Positions 8,790-19,948 of a stretch of DNA of 64,000 nt are shown piece by piece. The notes below the pieces were generated by a model. The model was not told where the DNA came from. It saw nothing but the letters and a program-made list of their open reading frames with translations, and searched no databases. Position 1 is the stretch's first letter, and every line of letters begins with the position of its first letter. The position numbers were made by a program, and so were the translations under genes. The DNA comes from Patescibacteria group bacterium (GTDB lineage Bacteria > Patescibacteriota > Patescibacteriia > JAZDEU01): contig JBHPIX010000001.1 of assembly GCA_042568285.1 (NCBI GenBank), forward strand, positions 539 through 64,538. Direction: 5' to 3'.

Positions 8790-9872
8790 ATGAAAGAAAT
8801 GCCATCAGTATTAGTAGCAATGGTAACACCATTTGTTGATATGACTTGTCAATTGGATCATCCTGTAATAAATTTCAAATTGTTTAAAAAACATATTGAA
8901 TTTTTATGCTCCCAAGGAGTTGGACTACTTCCAATGGGAACAACAGGAGAGTCTCCTGTTGTAAGTGACATTGAGCATAAGAAAGTAATACAAATAACAC
9001 AAGAGGAGGTTTGCAAAAAAAAATCTGATATTTTTGTGTTAGCGGGAACAGGATCTAATAGTACATGGGAAGCAGGGCAATATACAGCGACAGCTAAAGC
9101 TTGCGGATGCGACGGGGCGTTGCTTGTAACTCCATATTATAACAAGCCTGCTTCGGAGCAGATGCTTAAAGAATATTTTATTCCTATTGCTAAGAAATTT
9201 CCTGATATGCCGATAATACCTTATCTTATTTCAGGACGGACAGGCAGTGTGTTTGTTCCACCTGATTTAGCAATATTAGTTGACCAGTGTCCTAATGTAG
9301 TCGCTGTAAAGTACGCTGAACCAGAACTTCATAACGCGAGAGAAATTCGTAGGTTGCTGCCTGATCCTGAAAAATTTGGAATTCTTTCAGGGGATGATAA
9401 TAGGACTTTGCAAATCATCACTGATACTAACATTAAAGCATGCGGAGTTATTTCGGTCATGGGGAATATTGTTCCAGCGGCTATCAAGGAAATGTGCGAT
9501 TTAGCTTTGGTAGGCAGAAAAGTTGAAGCTTCTTATATTCAAGAAAAATTAAAGCCATTGTTTGGATTAGTTAGTGTTAGCGGTTCAAGAACAATTGATG
9601 TTCCCGGAGATAAATTATATTATTTGGATAAATATCCAAATCCCGGACCTATTAAAACAATAATGAATGGGCTTGGAATAAATGCAGGTCATTGCGCTCC
9701 GCCTCTTGGGAAGATGTCATTGTTGTTGGTTCAAATTATTAGAGATATTGTTCGCAAAGTTTGGAGAACATACCCTGAGTGTTTACATCCTCTTGCTGAT
9801 TTTTATGATTTGGATATAGAGGAGCGATTAGAAGATGACGATGTTTGGCATCAGTTGGCTTATGAGGAATAA
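8790..9872 (+). CDS. dapA: 4-hydroxy-tetrahydrodipicolinate synthase (DHDPS family)
   Basis: AMVTPF, GTTGES, AGTGSNST, VTPYYNKP, catalytic Lys in VAVK, LSGDD. Confidence 0.85.
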   Translation: MKEMPSVLVAMVTPFVDMTCQLDHPVINFKLFKKHIEFLCSQGVGLLPMGTTGESPVVSDIEHKKVIQITQEEVCKKKSDIFVLAGTGSNSTWEAGQYTATAKACGCDGALLVTPYYNKPASEQMLKEYFIPIAKKFPDMPIIPYLISGRTGSVFVPPDLAILVDQCPNVVAVKYAEPELHNAREIRRLLPDPEKFGILSGDDNRTLQIITDTNIKACGVISVMGNIVPAAIKEMCDLALVGRKVEASYIQEKLKPLFGLVSVSGSRTIDVPGDKLYYLDKYPNPGPIKTIMNGLGINAGHCAPPLGKMSLLLVQIIRDIVRKVWRTYPECLHPLADFYDLDIEERLEDDDVWHQLAYEE

Positions 9873-9911
9873 CTAAATTTTAATGGAATAAAGATATGAA
9901 AGGAATATATA

Positions 9912-11090
9912 ATGGAAAAAGATATGTATAAAGAATTAGGAGTTGATTCTGACAAGTCAGATATAGCTAAAACATTTGATGAAGTTAATGATAATGACTT
10001 CCCAAATGCTTTTTGCAATATGCTTACTGATCCAAAAAATTCTGATATGTTAATTATTAAACATGCGGACGGGGTAGGGAGCAAAAGTGTTCAAAGGTAT
10101 TTGCATTATTTACAAACAGGCGATAAAACAATTTTTCAAGGAGACATTTTTGACGCGGTTTCTATGAATACAGGCGACATAGCAGCAGTTGGGGCTGTGT
10201 TTTGCCCTTATATCGCTACTAACACAACAGCTATAAATGCTATAAATGTTAACAAAAATCTTATAAAAGAACAGTTTGCCATAGGAATTAAAAAAATAAA
10301 AGAGCTATACAGAAAATATTGCTTTGACTTTTTCTGGCTTGGAGGAGAAACTGCTGATTTGCCTGACCAGACTTCTTCTTATATTTTAGATGTTGATATT
10401 TATACTAGAGTTGAAAGACAAAAAGCTATCATAGGAAATGTTGAGCACGACGATATTATTTTTGGTTTTTCAAGTGGAGGCAGAGCTATCTGGGAAGAAA
10501 AAAAGAATTCAGGGCAGATGTCTAATGGTCTTACTATGAACAGAATCGCGCTTATGCATTCAGATTATACTAAAAAATATCCTTTTTTATTTCGCAATGA
10601 AGCTCCATGTCGTGGCAAATATGAAGTTTATGATTATTTAGATGATTTAGGCATGACAGTTAGCGATGCGCTTACTTGTCCAACTCGGCAATGGGCGATT
10701 GTTGTAAAAATGCTTATTGAAGAACTTGAGAAAAATAATGCTTTGCATCTATTGCACGGAATGTGCATGAATACAGGAGGAGGGAACACTAAGATTAAAA
10801 ATATAGGCAATAATATTAAGTATGTTAAAATACTTCCAAAGCCATTGCCGTTATTTAGATTAGTTCAATCTGAAACAGGCGAATCTTGGAAAAATATGTA
10901 TCAAGCCCAGAATATGGGAATAGGATTTGAAGTTGTTGGTTCTGCAGAAGGCGGATTTTTAAAAAATGCAATTGAAGAAGTTTCTAAAAAAACAAATGTG
11001 AGAAGTTATCTTTTGGGAAAATGTTATAATTCACCAGAAGATAAAAATCAAGTTGTTCTTGATACTGATTATGGGATTTTTGAGTATTGA
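9912..11090 (+). CDS. purM: AIR synthase-related protein (PurM-like)
   Basis: YKELGVDS, HADGVGSKS, MNTGD, GGETADLP, SNGLT, NMGIG motifs. Confidence 0.82.
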   Translation: MEKDMYKELGVDSDKSDIAKTFDEVNDNDFPNAFCNMLTDPKNSDMLIIKHADGVGSKSVQRYLHYLQTGDKTIFQGDIFDAVSMNTGDIAAVGAVFCPYIATNTTAINAINVNKNLIKEQFAIGIKKIKELYRKYCFDFFWLGGETADLPDQTSSYILDVDIYTRVERQKAIIGNVEHDDIIFGFSSGGRAIWEEKKNSGQMSNGLTMNRIALMHSDYTKKYPFLFRNEAPCRGKYEVYDYLDDLGMTVSDALTCPTRQWAIVVKMLIEELEKNNALHLLHGMCMNTGGGNTKIKNIGNNIKYVKILPKPLPLFRLVQSETGESWKNMYQAQNMGIGFEVVGSAEGGFLKNAIEEVSKKTNVRSYLLGKCYNSPEDKNQVVLDTDYGIFEY

Positions 11091-11119
11091 TCTTTAAATT
11101 AATAGTATAGATATTTATT

Positions 11120-11165
11120 AGGGCGAATTTTCAGGTTATAAACTTGAAAATTCGCCCTTTTTTTT
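11120..11165 (+). terminator. intrinsic terminator
   Basis: AGGGCGAATTTTCA/TGAAAATTCGCCCT stem plus T run. Confidence 0.8.
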
Positions 11166-11243
11166 GTTTTTTGGTATAATTGTAGTTAGTCTATAAAGTT
11201 CATAAAGTCTATAAAGTCGTAAAGTCTGTAAAGAAAGTATGTT

Positions 11244-11386
11244 GTCATTCCGCACTTGATGCGGAATCTAGTTGTTTAAAAGTGTATCTTAACTAACTGG
11301 ATCCCGCATAATCGTTGCTACGATTTGCGGGATGACAAAAGGGAAGTGTCAAGCCTCGGCGAGCCGGCGGGTAAGCACGGGATGAC
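11244..11386. repeat. family A pair plus a partial third arm
   Basis: GTCATTCCGCACTTGATGCGGAATC...GATCCCGCATAATCGTTGCTACGATTTGCGGGATGAC and ...AAGCACGGGATGAC. Confidence 0.85.
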
Positions 11387-11449
11387 AAAACATAAGTAAT
11401 CGTGGTATGACAAGAAAACACCAATCCCATATAACATCAAATATAATTT

Positions 11450-12313
11450 ATGCTTAAAAAAATAATACTTATAATATCAATAATAGTCGCGTTGTTTTTT
11501 GTAATTCCTTTTGCGTTGCGTGATCCTAATGCTTCTTTATTAAATGAATCAGAAGAAATAACTTGGCAGATGTTTTTAGTGGATGAACAAGAACAAAAGG
11601 ATGATGTTGTGGCTGATGTTTTTTTGAAAGAAGAAATTTTAGTAAATGAAATAGAAAAAAATGAGCAAGCTAATTCTGAAAAAGTTAAGTTGCTTGTAAT
11701 TGACGATAATGAGGAAAAAATAGATGAGCGAAATGTTTTTTTAAAAGTTCCATTCACTCCGCAGGCTCCTTTTGCGAATTGGGATGATGTTCGCCAGCAG
11801 GATGGATGTGAAGAAGCGTCTGTCCTAATGGCAATGAGATGGATTGAAAATAAACAATTATCGCTTGAGGAGGCGGAAAAGGAAATTATTGCTATTTCAG
11901 AATATGAAAAAAGAGAATATGGAGAAGCTATTGATACCTCAGTTCAAGATACTGTTAGTAGAATTATAAAAGGATATTTTAAATATGAAAATAGTAAAGT
12001 AAAAGAAGATATAAATTTAGAAGATATTAAACAAGAAATTTTTAAAGGAAATCTTGTAATTGTTCCAATGGACGGCATAAAGTTAAATAATCCGTATTAT
12101 ACTCCTCCTGGACCTGAACGGCATATGCTTGTTATTAGGGGATATGATACTGAAAAAAAAGAATTTATCACTAATGATCCTGGCACTAAAAAAGGTGAAG
12201 CGTATTATTATCCTGAACAGCATTTTTTTAATTCTATTAGAGATTATTTAACAGGAGATCATAAGCCGATTGAAGTGGTGGAAAAGAATATTATAATAGT
12301 TGGGGGGGAGTAA
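11450..12313 (+). CDS. secreted C39-like peptidase
   Basis: signal anchor, VPFTPQAP, GCEEAS (Cys), HMLVIRGYD (His), NDPG (Asp). Confidence 0.85.
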   Translation: MLKKIILIISIIVALFFVIPFALRDPNASLLNESEEITWQMFLVDEQEQKDDVVADVFLKEEILVNEIEKNEQANSEKVKLLVIDDNEEKIDERNVFLKVPFTPQAPFANWDDVRQQDGCEEASVLMAMRWIENKQLSLEEAEKEIIAISEYEKREYGEAIDTSVQDTVSRIIKGYFKYENSKVKEDINLEDIKQEIFKGNLVIVPMDGIKLNNPYYTPPGPERHMLVIRGYDTEKKEFITNDPGTKKGEAYYYPEQHFFNSIRDYLTGDHKPIEVVEKNIIIVGGE

Positions 12314-12346
12314 TAGTAAATATAATCAATTTAAATTTTACTTAAT

Positions 12347-12404
12347 GTCATCCCGCACTTGATGCGGGATCCATTTCTGGATTCCGTGTCAAGCACGGAA
12401 TGAC
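12347..12404. repeat. family A pair
   Basis: GTCATCCCGCACTTGATGCGGGATCC...GGATTCCGTGTCAAGCACGGAATGAC. Confidence 0.9.
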
Positions 12405-12492
12405 ATAAACATATACTATTTCTAATTTCTAAATTTTCGACTTTACAGACTTTACGGACTTTCGACTTTACGACTTTATAGACTAATTTTAT

Positions 12493-12897
12493 ATGAAAAA
12501 AGTAATGGTTTTTGGGACATTTGATATATTTCATAAAGGGCATCAGAGTTTTTTAAAGCAAGCAAGAGGATACGGAACATATTTGATAGTTGTAATTGCT
12601 AGAGATCGCACTGTGATTAATTTAAAGGGGAAAATGGCTAAAAATAGCGAAAAAATGCGCGCCAAAATAATTATGTCTAGTGGATTAGCAGATAAGGTAA
12701 TTTTAGGGCAATTAAGAAATAAATATAATATTATTAAGAAATATAGCCCAGATGTTATATGTTTAGGGTATGATCAGTTTAGTTTTTCTGAAGGATTAAA
12801 TAATAAATTGAGAGAGTTTGGCTTAAATAAGGCAAAAATTGTCCGCTTGAATGCATTTTGTCTAGATATTTATAAATCGTCAAAATTGGCATCTTGA
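12493..12897 (+). CDS. cytidylyltransferase-family nucleotidyltransferase (RibL/FAD synthase-like)
   Basis: FGTFDIFHKGH (HxGH), VIARD, LGYDQ, YKSSKL. Confidence 0.85.
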   Translation: MKKVMVFGTFDIFHKGHQSFLKQARGYGTYLIVVIARDRTVINLKGKMAKNSEKMRAKIIMSSGLADKVILGQLRNKYNIIKKYSPDVICLGYDQFSFSEGLNNKLREFGLNKAKIVRLNAFCLDIYKSSKLAS

Positions 12898-13046
12898 CAA
12901 TTTTTTAAAATATGCTATAATAAAGATATCATACAGAAAATAAGTGTTAAAAATTTAGATTATTTATTTTTTAATTTAGGCTTTCATTTTATGTTTGTTA
13001 TTTTGAAAAAAAAATAATAAATTGTAATGAAATGCTAGAAAACAGT

Positions 13047-13382
13047 ATGGCAGTTAAAGATCAAGAGTTTGTGGAACAAGTTGTAAAATCCATTGTTTCT
13101 CATCCCGAAGATGTATCAACAGAAAGAACTGTTGATGAAAGGGGAGTTCTAATCACATTAAAAATTAATCAGGAAGATATGGGTTATGTGATTGGAAGAA
13201 AAGGTCAAACAGCAAGAGCTATTCGCACATTGGTAAAAATAGTTGGAGCTCAGAATAATGCTCGCGTAAATTTGAAAATTGAGGAGCCAGAAGGTTCTAT
13301 GAGACGAACTTCAGAAGCTTCTGAAGTTTCAACAGATGCTTCTGATATTTCAACAGACGCTGTTGACGAATTAAAAATATAA
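13047..13382 (+). CDS. khpA: KH-domain RNA-binding protein KhpA
   Basis: DMGYVIGRKGQTARAIRTL; typical position upstream of trmD. Confidence 0.9.
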   Translation: MAVKDQEFVEQVVKSIVSHPEDVSTERTVDERGVLITLKINQEDMGYVIGRKGQTARAIRTLVKIVGAQNNARVNLKIEEPEGSMRRTSEASEVSTDASDISTDAVDELKI

Positions 13383-13403
13383 TACATTATAATTAAATAA
13401 TAT

Positions 13404-13429
13404 AAAGACCGTGGTTCGCCACGGTTTTT
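13404..13429 (+). terminator. intrinsic terminator
   Basis: ACCGTGG-TTCG-CCACGGT plus T run. Confidence 0.8.
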
Positions 13430-13476
13430 ATATTGCTTTTATTTAGTGGAAAGGATATAATTAATTTAATATCATT

Positions 13477-13576
13477 GTCATCCCGCACTTGATGTCCGCC
13501 TAGGCTCGAGCTAGTCGAGACTGGCGGGATCTAACATCAAGTTTAACACTGGATTCCGCGTCAAGCGCGGAATGAC
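13477..13576. repeat. family A pair with nested insert
   Basis: inverted copy of 6688-6787 with a single difference. Confidence 0.9.
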
Positions 13577-13616
13577 AAAAAGTATAAGTTATTTTATAAC
13601 AATAGAGCAATATAAT

Positions 13617-14276
13617 ATGACATATTATATATTAACAATTTTTCCAGATATTTTTGCTTCGTATGTTAATGAAAGTATTCTTAAACGAGCGCAAGAAAAA
13701 AGGATTATTAAAATTAAACCAATAAATTTTAGAGATTATACTGCTGATAAGCATAAAACAGTTGATGACAAACCGTATGGAGGGGGGACAGGAATGGTAA
13801 TGAAAGTAGATCCAATATATAAAGCTTTAAAAAATTTAAAGCGACTTAATGGAAAGAGCAGGATTATTTTATTAACTCCGCAAGGTAAAAAATTTAGCCA
13901 TAAAATAGCTCAACGGCTTTCTAAATATGAAAATGTTGTTTTTGTATGCGGTAGATATGAAGGCATTGACGCGCGCGTTGAAAAATTTGTTGATGAAAAA
14001 ATTTCAATTGGCGATTATGTTGTAACTGGCGGGGAATTGCCTGCTATGGTTATGATTGATAGTATTACACGATTGCTTCCAGGAGTTTTGGGAAATAAAA
14101 ATTCAATAAAAGAAGAAAGTCATTCTTCTGTAGGAATGATAGAATATCCTCAATATACACGACCTGAAGTTTTTGAAGCGGATGGTAAAAAAATAAAAGT
14201 CCCAAAGGTGCTTTTATCTGGCGATCATAAAAAAATCGCTGAGTGGCGGGGTAAGAATATGAAGAAAGCAAAGTAA
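13617..14276 (+). CDS. trmD: tRNA (guanine-N1)-methyltransferase
   Basis: VDDKPYGGGTGM, CGRYEGID, SIGDYVVTGGE, EYPQYTRP. Confidence 0.97.
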   Translation: MTYYILTIFPDIFASYVNESILKRAQEKRIIKIKPINFRDYTADKHKTVDDKPYGGGTGMVMKVDPIYKALKNLKRLNGKSRIILLTPQGKKFSHKIAQRLSKYENVVFVCGRYEGIDARVEKFVDEKISIGDYVVTGGELPAMVMIDSITRLLPGVLGNKNSIKEESHSSVGMIEYPQYTRPEVFEADGKKIKVPKVLLSGDHKKIAEWRGKNMKKAK

Positions 14277-14462
14277 ATATTAACCTCCACCATAAACTCC
14301 ATATCTATATCCAGATCAGATGTCAATTCTAGGCTCTGATTTTTTTATTTAATTTATATGTCATTATATATAATTTTTAATCTCTTAACTTACATAAATC
14401 AATAAAAAAGGCAAGGATTAAGAATTTTTTTTATAATTCTTCATCCTTGCCATGCAATATGT

Positions 14463-15920
14463 TTAGTGGTGTCTTATGTAAATGCCATTATTTGTGGCAA
14501 TTACATCAAAGTTTTTTCCTCTATCCATTGACCAGACGATTAAACCATCGCCTGTCAATCCGTTATTATAGTTTGTCCAATTTTGACCATCATACAGCTT
14601 TATTCCAGAGCCGTAGGTAAGAGCAAAAATTTCTGTTGATGAATGAACATAATATCCTTGAAGTTCAAGGATCTGGATAGATATTTCTGTCCAATCTGCT
14701 CCTTTATTTGTGGAATAGAAATTACCGCAATATATTTTATCTGAGTCAGCGAAGGCGATTCCGGCGCCAGTTGAGATGCTATATTTGTCCCAAGTATCTC
14801 CGCCGTTATAGCTTAGGCGCGCGTATTTATCAATTGTATTATACACTGCCACAGTTCCATCAGAAGCTACATCAACCGCATCAAAAATAGAATTTATAGT
14901 TTGTAAGACATTTTCAGCTGTTGCCCAATTATCAGTAGTTTTCCATACGCCAGAATCCATTGTGCTTACATACCATGTTCTACTGTTCTTATCGCTTGGG
15001 TCAAAAGCGATTGTACCGACATATTCAAATTCAGTGTTTTCTAAATTTACATGACGATAAGTTTCAAATTTATTAAAACTTATGTATAGTCCGTTACCCC
15101 AAGAGGAGGCAAAAACTTTTTCAGGTCTAATTGTAGAGATTTCAATATCAGAAATTTTTACATCATTTAAATCGCTTTGTTCCCATGTTTTTCCAGAATC
15201 TTTGGAAATCCAAAGACCAGCAATCCCTACTCCAGCATAAATTGTGTTTGGATCATCCCTGTCTATTACTACAGAACGGCAAGTAATCCCATCAAATCCT
15301 AGTTGTATCCAATCTGTTTCTACAACAGGCGGATCTATTATGGGTTCATTAGGATCAGAATTTTCAATAACTATAGAATTGTTTTCATAATCTATAGGTT
15401 GATTGTTTATTATTACATCTAGCTCTATATTTATTATCGAGTTTTCAGATGAAGAATCTACAACCTCTACATCTGTTGGAGAGTTTTGCGACTGTGATGA
15501 AGATGAATCATCTTCTATTGTCATTGAAGAATCTTGCGATGAAGAATCTTCTATTGTTATTGAAGATGAATCTTCGCATCCTGAGCAATCTTGGCACCCT
15601 GCGCAATCAGAGCATTCTTCACAATCAACGCACTCTTCACAGTCAACACATTCTTCACAATCGGGGCAGTTAGTGTCTGGGCAATTACAGTCTGCATAAT
15701 CTGAGCAATCAGTACAATTACAATCTGGCAATATGTAATCTGGGTTATTTGAGTTATTACAGTTTATAGAATTACAATCTATATGGATATTGTAATTTTT
15801 TTGGCATTCTTCTGAATTGCATTCTTCATAGATTTTTTCAGTCCCACCGCATCCAGAAATGAATAATGCAATTATAACAATCAATACAATACCGAAATTT
15901 TTAAAAAATTTGTTTGTCAT
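14463..15920 (-). CDS. lipoprotein with CxxC-repeat and Ser-rich stalk and a BNR/Asp-box beta-propeller
   Basis: lipobox ISGC, (DCEECV)n repeats, SxDxGxTW Asp-boxes. Confidence 0.8.
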   Translation of the reverse strand: MTNKFFKNFGIVLIVIIALFISGCGGTEKIYEECNSEECQKNYNIHIDCNSINCNNSNNPDYILPDCNCTDCSDYADCNCPDTNCPDCEECVDCEECVDCEECSDCAGCQDCSGCEDSSSITIEDSSSQDSSMTIEDDSSSSQSQNSPTDVEVVDSSSENSIINIELDVIINNQPIDYENNSIVIENSDPNEPIIDPPVVETDWIQLGFDGITCRSVVIDRDDPNTIYAGVGIAGLWISKDSGKTWEQSDLNDVKISDIEISTIRPEKVFASSWGNGLYISFNKFETYRHVNLENTEFEYVGTIAFDPSDKNSRTWYVSTMDSGVWKTTDNWATAENVLQTINSIFDAVDVASDGTVAVYNTIDKYARLSYNGGDTWDKYSISTGAGIAFADSDKIYCGNFYSTNKGADWTEISIQILELQGYYVHSSTEIFALTYGSGIKLYDGQNWTNYNNGLTGDGLIVWSMDRGKNFDVIATNNGIYIRHH

Positions 15921-16121
15921 TTTAATTTCCCTTTCTTTTTGTTAAATGACGTTTTTAGAAAAATGAAAAAATTTTCCCTATAAAATTCCTCCTTTCTTTT
16001 TGTTTTATCAATGAACTACGTTAAAAACATTACGATTCCGTACTAAAAGTTTTTAAACCCCACCCTTACCCCTCATATTTAATATAAAACTTTACCATAA
16101 CATTGTAAAATAGTCAATGCC

Positions 16122-16150
16122 TTGACGGAAGAAATAAAAAAGTGTAAGAT
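16122..16150 (+). promoter_or_regulatory. groESL promoter
   Basis: TTGACG, 17-bp spacer, TAAGAT directly upstream of CIRCE. Confidence 0.7.
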
Positions 16151-16159
16151 TATGATAAT

Positions 16160-16186
16160 CTGGCACTCGGAGCAAGAGAGTGCTAA
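16160..16186 (+). promoter_or_regulatory. CIRCE operator (HrcA)
   Basis: CTGGCACTC-N9-GAGTGCTAA versus consensus TTAGCACTC-N9-GAGTGCTAA, upstream of groES. Confidence 0.9.
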
Positions 16187-16413
16187 GGGGAGGTAATTTT
16201 AAATTTTAAATTTCAAATTTTAAAAAAACCTGCCCGACTTTGTCATTCAGGCGGGTATCAAATATTAAATTTTAAATAACCAAAGTTTTGTTTTTAAAAA
16301 TTTTATTTTAATAATAAATTACGATAATCTTAATATTTTTCCCGTGTAAATTAAAATAGTCATCTATATTATAGATATGATTTATGCGCTGTAAAAATAT
16401 TTTGAAATTAGTT

Positions 16414-16701
16414 ATGGATATTAAACCTTTAGCGGATAGGGTTATCCTAAAACCAATCCAAAAAGAAGAGGCGACTAAATCAGGAATTATTCTTCCTGAT
16501 ACAGTTGATAAAGAACGTCCTGAAAAAGGAGAGGTAATTGCTGTTGGTCAGGGTAAATTATTAAATGATGGGACACGAGCTCAGATGAGCGTTAAGCAGG
16601 GCGATCAAGTTATGTTTAAAAAATATAGTCCAGATGAAATTAAAATAGATAATGAAGATTATCTTGTCATTTCGGAAGAGGATATATTGGCTATTATTTA
16701 A
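16414..16701 (+). CDS. groES: co-chaperonin GroES
   Basis: IKPLADRV, TKSGIILP, VIAVGQG. Confidence 0.97.
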   Translation: MDIKPLADRVILKPIQKEEATKSGIILPDTVDKERPEKGEVIAVGQGKLLNDGTRAQMSVKQGDQVMFKKYSPDEIKIDNEDYLVISEEDILAII

Positions 16702-16777
16702 GTGGAACCTGATTTGCAAGATAAAAAGTGGCAAGTAATAAATGAGGCATGTAGAAATGCTATGTAATAATGAGGTT

Positions 16778-16839
16778 GTCATCCCGCGCTTGACGCGGGA
16801 TCCAATAGTGAGTAGATCCCGCATCAAGCGCGGGATGAC
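16778..16839. repeat. family A pair
   Basis: GTCATCCCGCGCTTGACGCGGGATCC...GATCCCGCATCAAGCGCGGGATGAC. Confidence 0.9.
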
Positions 16840-16902
16840 ATAAACAAAATTTAAAATTAAAAATTTTTAAGTAATTAGGTGGGTGATAAAAAATTAGTCA
16901 AT

Positions 16903-16988
16903 TAGTTCCCCTCTATCAGAGGGGACAGGGGTGTGTTTTAGTGAATTCAAGCGCTACACACCCCTAACCCCTCTCAAGAGGGGAACTA
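16903..16988. repeat. family B inverted pair
   Basis: TAGTTCCCCTCTATCAGAGGGGACAGGGGTGTGT...ACACACCCCTAACCCCTCTCAAGAGGGGAACTA. Confidence 0.85.
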
Positions 16989-16997
16989 TCTGAGTGA

Positions 16998-18680
<1,683 letters not shown>

Positions 18681-18803
18681 CCTGTGGGGGGCTACAGCGT
18701 AATAGCTCCCCCCCTTTCGGAGGGGGGGATAAAGGGGGGGTGTGGTCTGTGATATTATAAAAAAGAGAGGATTTTTCCTCTCTTTTTTGTTTAGCGTGAT
18801 GGT

Positions 18804-19058
18804 TTATTTTTTCTCAACTACAATAGTGCATTTTGTGAGCAGGGCAGCCAATGCTCCGACTGCGGCTAAAACTGGAGCGACAAGCGCTCCAACAGCGCCA
18901 ATTGTCAAAGGCACTTCAAGCATTGTTTCTCCTTTTTCGTTTTTAATGCTAATTTTTCTCGCGCTTCCTTCCTTGATTAGCTCTTTGACTTTTTTTACAA
19001 TTTCATCTCCTGAAACTTTAAACTCTTCTTTTTTTGTTGTTTTAGTTTTTTTAGTCAT
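18804..19058 (-). CDS. DUF4342-like protein
   Basis: KVKELIKEGSARKISIK...LEVPLTIG...AAVGALAALLTKCTIVVE pattern. Confidence 0.8.
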   Translation of the reverse strand: MTKKTKTTKKEEFKVSGDEIVKKVKELIKEGSARKISIKNEKGETMLEVPLTIGAVGALVAPVLAAVGALAALLTKCTIVVEKK

Positions 19059-19268
19059 ATTTTGTTTATCAAAAGTTACAATAGTTCTCCCCTTCCCAGA
19101 GGGGGAGATAAAGAGGGGGTGTTATAGTTATTACAATTTATTTATTATTATCTTCTTTAATGCCCATAATTATTACATAGCTAAAAAGCGCTAAAAATAA
19201 TATTGCAAGTATAATTATCATCATATATGTTTAGTATAAGACTTTAGAGTTTTATTGTCAAAGTTTTT

Positions 19269-19574
19269 TTACTTTACAAACTCTATTTTAAGATTGCGAT
19301 TAAGCGCGGAAGCGATTTTTTGGACGGTTGCGATTGTAAAATTTTGTTCACCGGCTTCCATCCTTGCTATATTGCTTTGTTTTGCGCCGATTTTTTTCGC
19401 AAGATCTGATTGGGATATTCCAGCCTGTTTCCGCAGTTGCAAAATTTTATAAGAAATCTCTAACTGCTTTGCATATTCATCATAATATTTTTTTATTTTC
19501 GGATCCTTTAATTGCTCGGATAGGTATTCCTGAAAATCTATAATTTTTTTTTGGTTTTTGTATAGTTTATTCAT
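19269..19574 (-). CDS. XRE-family HTH antitoxin (HigA-like)
   Basis: LRKQAGISQSDLAKKIGAKQSNIARMEAG; overlaps the end of the upstream toxin. Confidence 0.9.
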   Translation of the reverse strand: MNKLYKNQKKIIDFQEYLSEQLKDPKIKKYYDEYAKQLEISYKILQLRKQAGISQSDLAKKIGAKQSNIARMEAGEQNFTIATVQKIASALNRNLKIEFVK

Positions 19575-19905
19575 ATATATCTTTTTTATTTATAACATCG
19601 TAATAATTTTGTTCTGCTTTTTTAATTTCGGAAAGAGGAGTTTTAGAGGTGTTTTTTAAAAAAGCGTGGAGCAGGATAATATTTTTACCAATAAAGGTAA
19701 AGTAAAAAATTCTATGTCTATTTTTAGAAAAATCAAACGGTTCATCAAGAACACCTTTGTTTATTCGCAAAAAATCAATATATTTTAAAATCTTAGCCTT
19801 TTCTTTATCACGCAAGTTTTCAATATAGTCTAATACTGGGCTATTATAATTCTTTGTGTCTTTATAAAATTTTACTTTATAAGTTACATTGTTATTATAT
19901 ACCAT
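19567..19905 (-). CDS. RelE/HigB-like (phage Gp49-type) toxin, probably degenerate
   Basis: SPVLDYI, HRIFYF, IILLHAFLKNT..TP..EI; apparent internal deletion and doubtful start. Confidence 0.7.
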   Translation of the reverse strand: MVYNNNVTYKVKFYKDTKNYNSPVLDYIENLRDKEKAKILKYIDFLRINKGVLDEPFDFSKNRHRIFYFTFIGKNIILLHAFLKNTSKTPLSEIKKAEQNYYDVINKKDIYE

Positions 19906-19948
19906 ATATGATATATGTCAATAGGGTGATAAAACATGTTGTTCTATA

